Assembly (NCBI GenBank): GCA_902528515.1
Contig: CABZTD010000007.1
Coordinates: 4,670 to 68,669 of the forward strand
Source of the DNA: K189A clade bacterium
GTDB lineage: Bacteria > Pseudomonadota > Gammaproteobacteria > Pseudomonadales > Azotimanducaceae
Direction: 5' to 3'
Length of the DNA stretch: 64,000 bases
Part shown: positions 37,153 through 48,125 of the stretch, one piece after another
How positions within the stretch are numbered: the first letter of the stretch is position 1
Layout: every line of letters begins with the position of its first letter
The notes under the pieces: generated by a model
Seen by the model: only the letters and a program-made list of their open reading frames with translations
Told to the model about the DNA's origin: nothing
Databases searched by the model: none
Program-made: the position numbers and the translations under genes

Positions 37153-38922
37153 CTAATAGACCCTCTCCTTGGGCTCGAAGGCTTCCATAGTACGCGGGGC
37201 GAAATTTACGTCACGCTTACCAACTCGCTTGTCTTCAGGAAAGTACATCGAGTGACATAGCCAGTTCTCATCGTCCCTGCTTTGGTAGTCATCCCGCGCA
37301 TGGGCTCCTCGGCTTTCCTTTCGTCCCTCGGCGGTAATTGCTGTCGCCTCTGCGACTTCTAGTAGATTGTCCAGTTCCAATGCTTCTAAGCGCGCGGTGT
37401 TAAACGCCGCAGATTTATCAGGCATATCCGCTTGGCTGATTCGCTCGCGCAGTTCAGCCAGCTTTTGCATGCCTTCTCGCATATTCTTTTCTGTGCGAAA
37501 CACACCAAAGCTATTCTGCATGGTGGTTTGCAGCTCTTTTTTAAGATCATAAATCGACTCGCCGCCACTGGATTCGTTCCAGCGATTTAGACGTGCCATG
37601 GAGGCTTCAATATCAGAATCGCTTGCCTCTCGATAAGAAACGCCCTGGCGCATCACTTGCTCAATATGCAAGCCAGCAGCACGACCAAAGACCACTAAAT
37701 CGAGCAATGAGTTTCCACCCAGACGGTTCGCGCCGTGGACAGAAACGCAGGCCGCTTCACCTGCTGCGTAGAGACCTTCAACCGCTACGTCCTCACCCGA
37801 AGCGTTTTGAGTGAGGGCTTGACCACTCACCTGGGTAGGTATGCCGCCCATCATGTAGTGACAGGTAGGCACAACAGGAATAGGTTCTTTTACAGGGTCA
37901 ACGTGAGCGAAGGTGCGAGAAAGTTCTAAAATACCTGGCAGTCGGCTGTTCAATACCTCTTCACCCAAGTGATCTAGCTTGAGCCTCACATGATCGCCCT
38001 CGGGGCCACAGCCGCGCCCTTCGATAATCTCGATCACCATGGATCTGGCCACAACGTCACGTCCAGCTAAGTCTTTTGCCGACGGTGCGTAGCGCTCCAT
38101 AAACCGCTCACCGTCTTTGTTGATCAGGTAACCGCCTTCTCCGCGGCAGCCCTCCGTAACCAGCGTCCCTGCACCGGCAATACCGGTGGGATGGAATTGC
38201 CACATTTCTATGTCTTGAACGGGAACGCCAGCACGCAGAGCCATCCCTATACCATCACCCGTGCACATGAGAGCGTTGGTGGTGGAGGCATAAATCCGAC
38301 CAGCACCGCCAGTTGCGACGACAGTCGCCTTGGAGCTGATGTGGACGACCTCGCCGGTTTCCATGCATAGGGCAATCACGCCGACGACTACGCCATCTTG
38401 ATTCTTGACCATATCTACAGCAAACCACTCGTTCAAGAATGTAGTGTCAGCCTTGACATTGGCCTGATACAACGTGTGCAACAAAGCATGGCCTGTGCGG
38501 TCTGCAGCGGCGCAGGTTCGCGCAGCCTGGCCTCCTTTGCCGAATTCCTTCGACTGCCCCCCAAACGGGCGTTGATAAATACGGCCACTATCAGTCCTCG
38601 AGAACGGAAGACCCATATGCTCGAGTTCGAACACTGCTTGCGGGCCCTCCGAGCACATGTACTCTATAGCGTCTTGATCGCCGATATAGTCTGACCCCTT
38701 GACAGTGTCGTACATATGCCACCGCCAGTCGTCATTTGGGTCATCGCTCGCTATCGCGCAAGTGATCCCACCTTGCGCAGATACAGTATGCGAGCGCGTA
38801 GGGAATACCTTCGATATAACTGCGGTCTGTAAACCAGACTGCGCCAATTGAAGAGCCGCACGAAGACCGGAACCACCGCCCCCGACTATGACTCCGTCAA
38901 ATTCCATTGTTCTAATTGTCAC
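37153..38922 (-). CDS. sdhA: Succinate dehydrogenase flavoprotein subunit
   Basis: [10 protein letters not shown] (FAD His), HYMMGG and [11 protein letters not shown]. Confidence 0.98.
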   Translation of the reverse strand: MTIRTMEFDGVIVGGGGSGLRAALQLAQSGLQTAVISKVFPTRSHTVSAQGGITCAIASDDPNDDWRWHMYDTVKGSDYIGDQDAIEYMCSEGPQAVFELEHMGLPFSRTDSGRIYQRPFGGQSKEFGKGGQAARTCAAADRTGHALLHTLYQANVKADTTFLNEWFAVDMVKNQDGVVVGVIALCMETGEVVHISSKATVVATGGAGRIYASTTNALMCTGDGIGMALRAGVPVQDIEMWQFHPTGIAGAGTLVTEGCRGEGGYLINKDGERFMERYAPSAKDLAGRDVVARSMVIEIIEGRGCGPEGDHVRLKLDHLGEEVLNSRLPGILELSRTFAHVDPVKEPIPVVPTCHYMMGGIPTQVSGQALTQNASGEDVAVEGLYAAGEAACVSVHGANRLGGNSLLDLVVFGRAAGLHIEQVMRQGVSYREASDSDIEASMARLNRWNESSGGESIYDLKKELQTTMQNSFGVFRTEKNMREGMQKLAELRERISQADMPDKSAAFNTARLEALELDNLLEVAEATAITAEGRKESRGAHARDDYQSRDDENWLCHSMYFPEDKRVGKRDVNFAPRTMEAFEPKERVY

Positions 38923-39070
38923 AGGGCCTTCGCTCCGCTGGTATCTTTATGGTTCCTATTATCGAATATCGTGATGTTGTACTGCAGAAGCGTTTTTTAG
39001 ACGAGTCCTTACCAATCCTTTGTGCCTTATCGATAAATTGTAGAGCGCGCGAGGGGTCGGCTCCGCATGC

Positions 39071-39427
39071 TCACCAGATCACCTTGAGCGCGGCGGCGAA
39101 ATAAATACCCATTATCAAAACACAGCCTAATTGATACCCTAAGCGTATTTTTTCAGCGTAATCAGGTAAACCCCAATGACCGGGCTGAATGTAATCGGTA
39201 CCAATTGTCCACAATCCTACCCACGCGTGCCCGATTGTAGAAAGGATCGCCAGAGAGGAGGCGACCTTCATCGCGGGATTTCCAAAGAATGCGATGAAGT
39301 TGGTGTAATCGATTGCACTACTAAACAGAAAAAAGCTTAAAACCAAACCCGTATATAAGGTGAGCACCACTGCCGTGGCTCTTTGTAAGATAAAATCTTT
39401 GACGCCTCTTCTTGCTGACCAATACAT
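39071..39427 (-). CDS. sdhD: Succinate dehydrogenase hydrophobic anchor subunit
   Basis: QRATAV, HAWVGLWTIGTDY, three TM helices. Confidence 0.92.
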   Translation of the reverse strand: MYWSARRGVKDFILQRATAVVLTLYTGLVLSFFLFSSAIDYTNFIAFFGNPAMKVASSLAILSTIGHAWVGLWTIGTDYIQPGHWGLPDYAEKIRLGYQLGCVLIMGIYFAAALKVIW

Positions 39428-39435
39428 CTTCTAGA

Positions 39436-39819
39436 CTACCACAGCTTTAAATAAAGAATTATCACACTGGCCGCTGTCAGCAAAAGCACTAGCCTCGAAC
39501 CTAGGCGCGAGGCAGTAACGGTATCCCCTATGTGAAGATCCAACAGTAAGTGCTTTAGCCCCACGAAAACGTGGAACATCAATGTTGCAAGCAGGAGAAG
39601 CATAAGGCCTTTAGGAAAGGTCTGTTGAAGAAGTAGTTTTGCTTCGTCGAAACCTGCTTCGGATGTCATGGCCATGTCGAGGAGAAACAGCGCAAAAGCA
39701 ACGCCACCAAAAAGAAGCATACCGGAAACTCTGTGGGTTATAGAAACCATTGGGACTAGGGATAAGTTGAACCTTATCGTATCCCAAAGGCCCACGCTCC
39801 CAGGTCTATCTATTTTCAT
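39436..39819 (-). CDS. sdhC: Succinate dehydrogenase cytochrome b556 subunit
   Basis: SITHRVSG, FHVFVGLKHLLLD, three TM helices. Confidence 0.92.
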   Translation of the reverse strand: MKIDRPGSVGLWDTIRFNLSLVPMVSITHRVSGMLLFGGVAFALFLLDMAMTSEAGFDEAKLLLQQTFPKGLMLLLLATLMFHVFVGLKHLLLDLHIGDTVTASRLGSRLVLLLTAASVIILYLKLW

Positions 39820-40507
39820 TTGCGCTGCACCTTATAGCGTTGTAAGTACTTTTCGAATTCTATCAGTGGGATGATTTTGTCCGCTGACGCCCGTGGATAG
39901 CAATCGCCAAGCATTTTTTGCCTTCTAATATCCGGCTCTCGTCGACGCGCGATGGCTATCTCCAAATATCGGATACCAAAGCTCCTCAACAATGACTTTT
40001 GAGAATACACAACGCCACCGCCCACGCCGAACTGTATTCTTCTGCGAACCTGCTGCCAAGGCCTATCATATCGATGGATAGTTTCAGTCTCTCAATCCGC
40101 CAGTAAAGGCACCTCGCTAAATGCTGATTGCCCTCAATGTCCACAGCATTATCTTTGAAATTTTTCGCACGCAGGCACAACACACAGAAGATCAAGCTGG
40201 AAAAAACGACACCTTTCGTCAATCATAGGGTCGAGAGGAGGCCTTCGCCGTTTATTTGCTTGGGCTACTTGGGCTCCTTACCAGAGGGTTCTGGCCTTGT
40301 GCTTCGTTGCAAAGATCAAGCTGAACGTAAGCTCAGAAGCTGCACTAAAAATGGATTCTTACATGGGAGGGGGACTTATTTGCCTGCGAGCGTTACTTCG
40401 CCCGCGGTCGCAATAAAGCGCATTACGGTGCCGGTAAAAAGCCGTTTTAAGCCCGCCATGTCTGAACGCCACTGGTTCCTGTAACAACGGTAAAATGGGG
40501 AAAAAGG

Positions 40508-41806
40508 ATGTCTGACGACAAATCACAAACCGCCAAACTAACAATTCCTGGCGTCGATAATCCGATCGAATTGCCGATCTACTCTGGTAAAATCGGCCCA
40601 GACGTTATCGACGTTGGCAAGCTCACAAGCCAAGGTCATTTCACCTATGACCCCGGCTTCGTCTCAACCGCCAGCTGCGAATCTGCCATCACCTATATCG
40701 ATGGTGACGAAGGCACACTGCTGCATCGGGGATATCCAATAGAGCAGCTGGCAGAGAAATCGGATTATCTTGAATTGTGCTACTTGTTGTTAAATGGTGA
40801 GCTGCCTAGTGCTGAAGACAAAGATAACTTCGTCGATACGATCAAACATCACACCATGGTCAATGAGCAGTTGCGCAGCTTCTTCAGGGGCTTTAGGCCC
40901 GATGCTCATCCGATGGCAATTATGTGCAGCGTCATTGGAGCACTGTCTTCCTTCTATCATGACTCTTTAGATATTGATGATCCGCAGCATCGCATGATCA
41001 CCGCACATCGGTTGATCGCGAAAATGCCAACCCTGGCCGCCATGAGCTACAAACACGCTCTAGGCCAACCTTTTATTTACCCTCGCAATGATCTGGGTTA
41101 CGCCGAAAACTTTCTGCATATGATGTTCGCTACCCCATGTGAAAACTACGAAGTCAGTCCCACCCTAGCAAAAGCCATGGACCGTATATTTTTGTTACAT
41201 GCGGATCACGAGCAAAACGCATCTACCTCAACCGTCAGACTCGCCGGTTCGACCGGTGCAAACCCATTCGCCAGCGTTTCTGCGGGCATTGCCGCCCTGT
41301 GGGGACCATCTCACGGTGGCGCGAATGAAGCGGTCCTTAACATGCTCGATGAGATCGGCAGTGTTGAAAAAATTCCGGAATACGTGCGTCGAGCAAAGGC
41401 TAAGGATGATCCATTTCGCATCATGGGCTTTGGCCACCGTGTGTACAAAAACTATGACCCACGAGCAAAAGTGATGCAGCAAACCTGCCATGAAGTGCTC
41501 GAAGAACTCGGTGTGCAGGATGACCCTGTGTTGGCTATGGCAAAGGAACTGGAGCGTATAGCGCTGGAAGACGACTACTTCGTCGAAAAACGTTTGTACC
41601 CGAACGTAGATTTCTATTCAGGCATCATCCTCAAGGCCATTGGCATACCCGTAGAAATGTTCACGGTGATCTTCGCAACTGGCCGCACACCCGGCTGGAT
41701 CGCACATTGGTGTGAAATGATCGCCGGCAACTACAAAATCGGTCGTCCTCGACAGCTCTACACCGGCAGCCCCAAGCGTGACTTCGTCGACGTAGCTGAC
41801 CGCTAA
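40508..41806 (+). CDS. gltA: Type II citrate synthase
   Basis: [24 protein letters not shown] and YPNVDFYSG; divergent from sdhC. Confidence 0.98.
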   Translation: MSDDKSQTAKLTIPGVDNPIELPIYSGKIGPDVIDVGKLTSQGHFTYDPGFVSTASCESAITYIDGDEGTLLHRGYPIEQLAEKSDYLELCYLLLNGELPSAEDKDNFVDTIKHHTMVNEQLRSFFRGFRPDAHPMAIMCSVIGALSSFYHDSLDIDDPQHRMITAHRLIAKMPTLAAMSYKHALGQPFIYPRNDLGYAENFLHMMFATPCENYEVSPTLAKAMDRIFLLHADHEQNASTSTVRLAGSTGANPFASVSAGIAALWGPSHGGANEAVLNMLDEIGSVEKIPEYVRRAKAKDDPFRIMGFGHRVYKNYDPRAKVMQQTCHEVLEELGVQDDPVLAMAKELERIALEDDYFVEKRLYPNVDFYSGIILKAIGIPVEMFTVIFATGRTPGWIAHWCEMIAGNYKIGRPRQLYTGSPKRDFVDVADR

Positions 41807-41826
41807 CAAAGGCCGAAGCGCTATCG

Positions 41827-41844
41827 GCGCGGGCAAGCCCGCGC
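41827..41844. terminator. Hairpin between convergent gltA and oxidoreductase genes
   Basis: GCGCGGGC-AA-GCCCGCGC perfect inverted repeat; U-tracts are weak. Confidence 0.5.
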
Positions 41845-41880
41845 AAACTTGAGTCTGGGCCTCGATCTGCGGACTCCGAG

Positions 41881-42771
41881 CTACTTTAGACGCCTTAGCA
41901 AACTGGACGTATCCCAGCGCCCACCGTCCATATTCTGAACATCGGCGTAAAACTGATCCACCAATGCCGTCAAGGGTAAGCGTGCACCGACTTGCTTAGC
42001 CGTGCCCAGCGCAATACCAAGATCCTTGCGCATCCAATCTACCGCGAAACCGAATTCGTACTCGTCTCTGGCCATGGTGTTAGCGCGATTATTCATTTGC
42101 CAGCTTTGTGCCGCGCCTTGAGAAATCACGTCTATGACGGCATCAACATCAAGGCCCGCTTGCTGGGCGAAGTGAACTCCCTCGCTAAGCCCCTGCAGCA
42201 CCCCGGCAATGCATATTTGATTCACCATCTTTGTCAGCTGGCCTGCCCCAATTTCACCCATCAGGGCGTGTTTTTTCGCATAGCAGTCGAAGTATGGCCC
42301 AGCGCGTTTATAATCTTCCTTAGCACCGCCTGTCATGACGGTTAGGGCACCATTTTCTGCACCCGCCTGTCCACCGGACACGGGCGCATCCAAAAAGCCT
42401 ACTGACTGCGCGGTACAGGCCGTGCCTAGTTTCTGCGCCAACGCCTGAGATGCTGTGGTGTGATCGATTAACAGCGAACCTGGTGACAAGCCAGCTAGGG
42501 CGCCCTCTTCTCCTAGAACGACCTGTGCTACATCGTCGTCATTGCCGACACAGACAAAAACGAGGTCTGCATCTTTCGCCGCGGCTTTTGGACTTGTTGC
42601 AGTCGCGCATGCTGCGGAACTTTCACGATAATCCTCCAGCCACAGAGACGCCCTGGCGGAGGAGCGATTGAACACGGTGACTGCACTGGCTTGCTTGGCC
42701 AGATGGCCTGCCATGGGATAGCCCATAACCCCCAATCCAATAAAGGCGACTCGGCCATAATCTCCCGACAT
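41881..42771 (-). CDS. NAD(P)-dependent oxidoreductase, 3-hydroxyisobutyrate dehydrogenase family
   Basis: FIGLGVMG, DAPVSGG, KMVNQ and MRKDLGIAL. Confidence 0.92.
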   Translation of the reverse strand: MSGDYGRVAFIGLGVMGYPMAGHLAKQASAVTVFNRSSARASLWLEDYRESSAACATATSPKAAAKDADLVFVCVGNDDDVAQVVLGEEGALAGLSPGSLLIDHTTASQALAQKLGTACTAQSVGFLDAPVSGGQAGAENGALTVMTGGAKEDYKRAGPYFDCYAKKHALMGEIGAGQLTKMVNQICIAGVLQGLSEGVHFAQQAGLDVDAVIDVISQGAAQSWQMNNRANTMARDEYEFGFAVDWMRKDLGIALGTAKQVGARLPLTALVDQFYADVQNMDGGRWDTSSLLRRLK

Positions 42772-42978
42772 TTTTATCCTCTTAGACTTGTTAACTACTG
42801 ATTGTTTGCCGCGATTTGCGGACGGCGGCCACATAATGCCAAGAGTTGTACCGTCTGCACAAAATCACTGTGTCAGAGACGCCGCGCTAAACAGCCAAAT
42901 TTTCTCTCGCAACCTAGACCGCCCTTGGCTATAAAACGTGCTCTTTGTTGCATTATCAAATATCTTTTCAGGGACCTC

Positions 42979-44328
42979 ATGCCAGAACTTCGCGACCTAC
43001 CTGCTATTGAAACGCTGATGCAGAGCGAGGCAATCGCTGCACTCGTTCAAGACCGCGGTGCCACAATTATTAAAAAACGGCTGCGAGAAATGCAGGCACA
43101 AATGCGTGAGACGCGGAACGTGCCGCAGTGGGCTACAGCAGCTGAGGGATATGCGGCGGCACTGGATACCTCTGCCACCAAGAACGACTACGTGCCGGTA
43201 TTCAATCTCACCGGAACCGTGATCCACACCAATCTCGGGCGCGCGCTGCTCAGCACGGAGCTTTGGCGGGCAATTGAACCGTTGATGACGCGGCCAATGA
43301 ATCTAGAGTATGACCTGGTCGAGGGCACTCGCGGCCAACGTGACACAGTCGTGGAGGAGCGCCTATGCGAGCTAATGGGCTGTGAGGCTGCAACCATTGT
43401 GAACAACAATGCAGCCGCATTGATGCTGGTGCTCAACACCTTTGGCCTGGATGCCGAGGTACCTGTCTCTCGCGGTGAACTTGTGGAAATTGGTGGCAGT
43501 TTCCGTCTGCCAGAATTGATGAGTCGTGCGGGTTGTCGTTTGCTTGAGGTTGGCACGACGAATCGCACCCGATTGTCTGACTTCGCTAACGTTGTTAAGC
43601 GGGCCTCGATGCTGCTGAAAATCCATCCCAGCAATTATCACATTGAGGGTTTCACTGAGGCCGTAGAAACCCTGGAGCTAGCCGAGCTCGCGACAAAACA
43701 CGACATTCCAAGCTGTGTGGATCTTGGCAGCGGCAGCTTGGTGGATCTGAGCACCTTGGGTCTACCGAAAGAACCTACACCTCAAAGCGTTTTGGCTCAG
43801 GGCGTGGATTTGGTGACATTTAGCGGCGACAAACTCCTGGGCGCTGTGCAATGCGGTGTCATCGCAGGCCGGCAAGATTTGATTGAGACAATTCGCAAAA
43901 ACCCCATGAAGCGAGCGTTACGTGTCGACAAGGTGACCCTGGCTATCCTTAATGCAACTCTCAAGCTCTACGCGCAACCCGAGCAACTCGTCGAGCATCT
44001 CCCCTTGCTGCGAACCCTGACCTTGACGCCCCAGCAGCTACAGGTACGTGCAGAGGCGGTGATGGCCAATTTACCTGGGCGTGTGCAGGGAACAATCATC
44101 ACGAGCGAGGCACAAATAGGCAGTGGCGCGTTGCCGGATCAGAACATTGACAGCGTTGCTGTCAGCCTCACCCATGACACGCTGAGTGCTCAAAAACTGG
44201 CGGAGGCACTACGCTACTCCGCAGTCCCGGTTATAGGACGACTTAAAGACGAGCGCGTGCTATTAGACATGCATGGGGCCGACCCCATCGACGAGTTAAT
44301 CAACGTACTTACCGGCTTAGAGCTCTGA
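42979..44328 (+). CDS. selA: L-seryl-tRNA(Sec) selenium transferase
   Basis: NLTGTVIHTNLGRA, VNNNAAA, SRGELVEIGGSFR and FSGDKLLG (PLP Lys). Confidence 0.97.
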   Translation: MPELRDLPAIETLMQSEAIAALVQDRGATIIKKRLREMQAQMRETRNVPQWATAAEGYAAALDTSATKNDYVPVFNLTGTVIHTNLGRALLSTELWRAIEPLMTRPMNLEYDLVEGTRGQRDTVVEERLCELMGCEAATIVNNNAAALMLVLNTFGLDAEVPVSRGELVEIGGSFRLPELMSRAGCRLLEVGTTNRTRLSDFANVVKRASMLLKIHPSNYHIEGFTEAVETLELAELATKHDIPSCVDLGSGSLVDLSTLGLPKEPTPQSVLAQGVDLVTFSGDKLLGAVQCGVIAGRQDLIETIRKNPMKRALRVDKVTLAILNATLKLYAQPEQLVEHLPLLRTLTLTPQQLQVRAEAVMANLPGRVQGTIITSEAQIGSGALPDQNIDSVAVSLTHDTLSAQKLAEALRYSAVPVIGRLKDERVLLDMHGADPIDELINVLTGLEL

Positions 44329-44341
44329 ATCCGAGATAACA

Positions 44342-46189
44342 ATGATCATCACGCTTGCAGGTCATGTGGATCATGGCAAAACCACCATCGTTCGTGCGCT
44401 CACTGGCGTTGACACAGATCGTTTAGCCGAGGAAAAGGCTCGCGGGCTCACCATTGATCTAGGCTTCGCCTACACCGATCACTTAGGCTTTGTCGACGTA
44501 CCTGGCCACCAAAAGTTCATACACAACATGGTGGCAGGCGTCGCAGCGGATCAACATGCCCTACTGGTAATCGCAGCAGATGATGGCCCGATGCCTCAAA
44601 CCCAGGAACACCTAGAGATTCTGTCGTTGATCGGTATAAGACAAGGTAGCGTCGCCCTGACCAAGTGTGATCTGGTCAGCCCTGACCGGCTAATCGCCTG
44701 CCATGATGAGATTCGCCAGCTGACAGAACAAACCTTCTTGCAGGCGGCCCCGATCTTTCAGACTAGCGCCCAAGATACCGCCAGCTATGCGGCCCTTGGC
44801 GAACACCTGCAGCAACAAGCGGCAATCCACCAGCGGACTCAGGACGACACGCGTTTCCGCTTAGCCATAGACCGCGCCTTTACGGTCAAAGGCGCCGGGG
44901 TGGTAGTTACCGGTACAGTGCACAGCGGCACGATTCGTGAGGGTCAGCAGGTATATCACTTCCCCTCCGAAAAGGCGCTGCGCGTACGCTCTATGCGCGT
45001 GGAGGATCAGCCTGCGAGCCAGAGCAGCACCGGTGATCGATGTGCGCTTAATTTGGCAGGAGCATCCCTCGAGGAACTTGGCCGAGGTGATTGGATCACC
45101 GAACAGCCAACTAAGGGGGCCTATGCGATCACCATTAAGCTCGACAAGGCGAGCTCTTTCAGCCGACCGTTGAAACACTGGATGCCCGTGCATGCCTACC
45201 ATGCAACCCGTCATAGCACGGCACGCATGGCACTGTTTACCGCGGCAAAAGGGCAACAAACCTGGGCGGAAGTCGTTTGCGATACGCCCATGGCATGTCA
45301 TCGCGGGGATCGTCTGGTGTTACGAGATCAGGCGCTGGACGCCACACTGGGCGGAGGCGAAGTTCTTTTTGTCAGCGAGACCCAAGTCAATCGACGCAAT
45401 ACAATTGCACATCGCGAACTTGTTGCTGCCTATGCATCCAGCGATGCGGCAGAGAGTTTTCGCTCACTGATGCTTCAGCTTCAGCTGAAATTGAACAACT
45501 TTCAGCAGGTCTGGAATCTAACCGAAGGCGCCCAGGCAAGCCTGCTGGCAGGGCATGAGACCGAGATCTTTGATGACTTAATCGTAAGCAAAGCGCAGTG
45601 GCAGGCAGCGCTTGATCAGTGTCTTGAGTCAGTGGAAGCAGCCTCCTCTTCCACCGCCCAAAATGATCGAGGCGGACTATCGCTCCATGACTTAGGCGCA
45701 GTCGCCAAGCCGCTTCGACAGCCCGCGCTTGAGGCGCTGTTGAAGACGGGCAAAATTGCCAAGCGCGGTGCCGTCTACTTTATCCCCCAAGCTGAGCCTG
45801 CCTTGCCCGCCGAGTTGTTAGCAATATGGGAGCAAGTCGAGCCACTGCTTGATCAGTTACAGGCCCCTAGCTGCGGCGACATGGCGAAGCAGTTAAACCA
45901 GCCCCTCGCAAAACTCGAGCGATCGCTATTGGAACTGGCAAAGAGCGGACGATTGATACCTCTCGGTAATCACCGCTTTTACCTTCCGCGGCGTTTGCAA
46001 GAAATTGCCTACGTTGTCCAAGTCATGACCCAGCAGAACGCTAGAGGCACCATGACGGTCAAGGAGTTTAGAGACAGAACGGGCATTGGACGCAACGTGG
46101 CGATAGATGTATTGGAGTTTTTCGATAAAAAAGGCTTCACGCGACGGCAGGGAAATGAGCGGATCGTTATTCGACCATTTAGCCCTTGA
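44342..46189 (+). CDS. selB: Selenocysteine-specific elongation factor
   Basis: GHVDHGKT, RGLTIDLGFA, DVPGH and C-terminal winged helix FRDRTGIGRNVAIDVLEFFD. Confidence 0.97.
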   Translation: MIITLAGHVDHGKTTIVRALTGVDTDRLAEEKARGLTIDLGFAYTDHLGFVDVPGHQKFIHNMVAGVAADQHALLVIAADDGPMPQTQEHLEILSLIGIRQGSVALTKCDLVSPDRLIACHDEIRQLTEQTFLQAAPIFQTSAQDTASYAALGEHLQQQAAIHQRTQDDTRFRLAIDRAFTVKGAGVVVTGTVHSGTIREGQQVYHFPSEKALRVRSMRVEDQPASQSSTGDRCALNLAGASLEELGRGDWITEQPTKGAYAITIKLDKASSFSRPLKHWMPVHAYHATRHSTARMALFTAAKGQQTWAEVVCDTPMACHRGDRLVLRDQALDATLGGGEVLFVSETQVNRRNTIAHRELVAAYASSDAAESFRSLMLQLQLKLNNFQQVWNLTEGAQASLLAGHETEIFDDLIVSKAQWQAALDQCLESVEAASSSTAQNDRGGLSLHDLGAVAKPLRQPALEALLKTGKIAKRGAVYFIPQAEPALPAELLAIWEQVEPLLDQLQAPSCGDMAKQLNQPLAKLERSLLELAKSGRLIPLGNHRFYLPRRLQEIAYVVQVMTQQNARGTMTVKEFRDRTGIGRNVAIDVLEFFDKKGFTRRQGNERIVIRPFSP

Positions 46190-46231
46190 CTTCGCGATCG
46201 CTCAAGTAAAGAACTGATTCAGCGCGTTTGA

Positions 46232-46462
46232 CTATCCATTTCGCCGAGAGGCGGCGCCTAAATTTTCGTAGGTGGGATCCACCGAGGCGCGTGGACGCTC
46301 GCTAAGCAGAACCTCAACGCCCCTATCAATAGAGATGTCCTGAGCTTTTTGACTAGCAGTCTCAAACGCTTTTTCCGCCTGCTTGATACCCAGCGATTTA
46401 TCGCTTGAGGCTCGCTGTACATTTGCCGTATTTAAAGGGCCTAAGCTAACACTGTCAGCCAT
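46232..46462 (-). CDS. Small hypothetical protein (76 aa)
   Basis: ATG preceded by a GGAGG RBS; fills the gap between selB and the MFS gene. Confidence 0.55.
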   Translation of the reverse strand: MADSVSLGPLNTANVQRASSDKSLGIKQAEKAFETASQKAQDISIDRGVEVLLSERPRASVDPTYENLGAASRRNG

Positions 46463-46601
46463 ATGTCCTCCAGAAATTTGATCTGTGATTAAGATACACT
46501 TTTGAAGTTAATCGATAAATACCTCCCAAGACAAAAAACACGCGCTGCTTTCTAACCGGACTTTGAGTCCGATTTGTTTGTCGCGCCCGGCGGTGCGCAA
46601 T

Positions 46602-48125
46602 ATGACGAAAACCGAAACCAATGTCGCCCGACAAGCCAAGAGCAAACTGTTGTTTATCAGCGAGCGCGAACGACAGGGCCCAGTTCCTATTCATGTCAAG
46701 ATTCTGAACGGTTTTGGTGCGATCCCTGGACAGCATAAAGATTTCGCTTTTAACACGCTTTTGCTGCTCTATTACTCCCAAATACTCGGCCTCCCCGCTT
46801 CCTGGGCATCCCTCACCTTGGGTGCCTCTCTCGTCATAGACGCGGTTTCAGACCCCTTGGTGGGTAGTTGGTCGGACAATTTCCGCTCGCGCTTCGGCCG
46901 TCGCCACCTCTTCATGCTAGCAGCCATCCTGCCGACCTCGTTGTCATTTTATGCTCTGTTTCATCCACCACAGACGTTCGCGTCTGCGGAACTCGGCGCA
47001 TGGATGCTTACTTTTACGGTTCTGACCCGACTGTCTTTCACTTTCTTCGCTGTGCCCTGGGCTGCCATGTCTGCCGAGCTATCGCAGAAATATGAAGAGC
47101 GAACGAGCATTCAAACCTATCGAGTGGCAGTGGGTTGGTTTGTTGGCGTGGCCTTCGTGTTCACGATGTATTCCCAATTTTTTCCGCCCACCGAAAACGA
47201 TCCAAGCGGCTTGCTGAGCCCTGCTAGTTTTTCCCCGTTCGGTCTACTCGTGAGCATACTCATGACGACTTGGATGGTAATCACCACGATGGCCACGTTA
47301 AGTCAGATTCCCTACCTGACACAGCCAACACAAACACTGCCACGGGTCAGGCTCAGCGCCTTGATCTCCCAAACGATAGGAGCCCTTCGCAACCGTAATT
47401 TTCGAATAGTTTTCCTAGCGTGCTTGGCCACAGCAGCTATAGCTGGCACCGGCCAAGTTTTCGACATTTACATGAATCTGTATTTTTGGGAATTCAGTAG
47501 CCGAGACATTCGCTGGTTTGCCCTGGCAGCCGTTGGCGCAGCCGCAGCGTTTGTGGCGATTGGCCCGCTGCAGAAAAGGTTTGAAAAACAACAAATCATC
47601 ATCGTCGCAGCCATTCTCATCATGGTGCTAGGCATGATCAAAGTTGGGTTTCGATTCGCGGGTATCTGGCCGGAAAACGGCTCCCCTTTATTATTGCCGC
47701 TTTTAGTCGTCCACGCCTCTTTTTTGTCCTTCGCCGGCGCGATAGCCATCATAATGTATGCGTCAATGATTCCAGATGTCGTCGACGAAAATGAATTCAA
47801 TACTGGCCTTCGTCAGGAGGGTGTTTTTTCCGCAGGCATCGCCTTCGCGGGCAAAAGCACAACTGGCCTAGGCCTGTTTGCCGGTGGTTTGCTACTGGAA
47901 TGGGTCGTCGCGTTTCCGGTACAAACCAACCCGGATACGTTAGACCCGGGCATAATCGTGCGACTTGGGTTTGTGGACGGAATCCTCGTTCCAGCGTTCA
48001 GCATCATTCCGATCATGCTGCTGCGGCGGTACCAATTGAGTCGAGCTCAGCTGGAGGCCGTGCAAAAAACGATCAAAAACCGCAAGAAAGGAACAGAAAA
48101 CTCAGCCCCCAATTACGACGCTTGA
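46602..48125 (+). CDS. MFS transporter, glycoside-pentoside-hexuronide (MelB-like) family
   Basis: DAVSDPLVGSWSDNFRSRFGRR, YEERT, SMIPDVVD...GLRQEG and about 12 TM helices. Confidence 0.9.
   Translation: MTKTETNVARQAKSKLLFISERERQGPVPIHVKILNGFGAIPGQHKDFAFNTLLLLYYSQILGLPASWASLTLGASLVIDAVSDPLVGSWSDNFRSRFGRRHLFMLAAILPTSLSFYALFHPPQTFASAELGAWMLTFTVLTRLSFTFFAVPWAAMSAELSQKYEERTSIQTYRVAVGWFVGVAFVFTMYSQFFPPTENDPSGLLSPASFSPFGLLVSILMTTWMVITTMATLSQIPYLTQPTQTLPRVRLSALISQTIGALRNRNFRIVFLACLATAAIAGTGQVFDIYMNLYFWEFSSRDIRWFALAAVGAAAAFVAIGPLQKRFEKQQIIIVAAILIMVLGMIKVGFRFAGIWPENGSPLLLPLLVVHASFLSFAGAIAIIMYASMIPDVVDENEFNTGLRQEGVFSAGIAFAGKSTTGLGLFAGGLLLEWVVAFPVQTNPDTLDPGIIVRLGFVDGILVPAFSIIPIMLLRRYQLSRAQLEAVQKTIKNRKKGTENSAPNYDA

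Noticed and set aside
39816-40544. Short ORFs between sdhC and gltA
   Set aside because: They overlap each other, have no motifs, and lie in the expected divergent promoter region.
42802-42978. Long N-terminal extensions of selA (and similarly trpA, sucB, leuB, truA, cargo MFS)
   Set aside because: Artefacts of longest-ORF calling; family similarity and RBS or coupling point to downstream starts.
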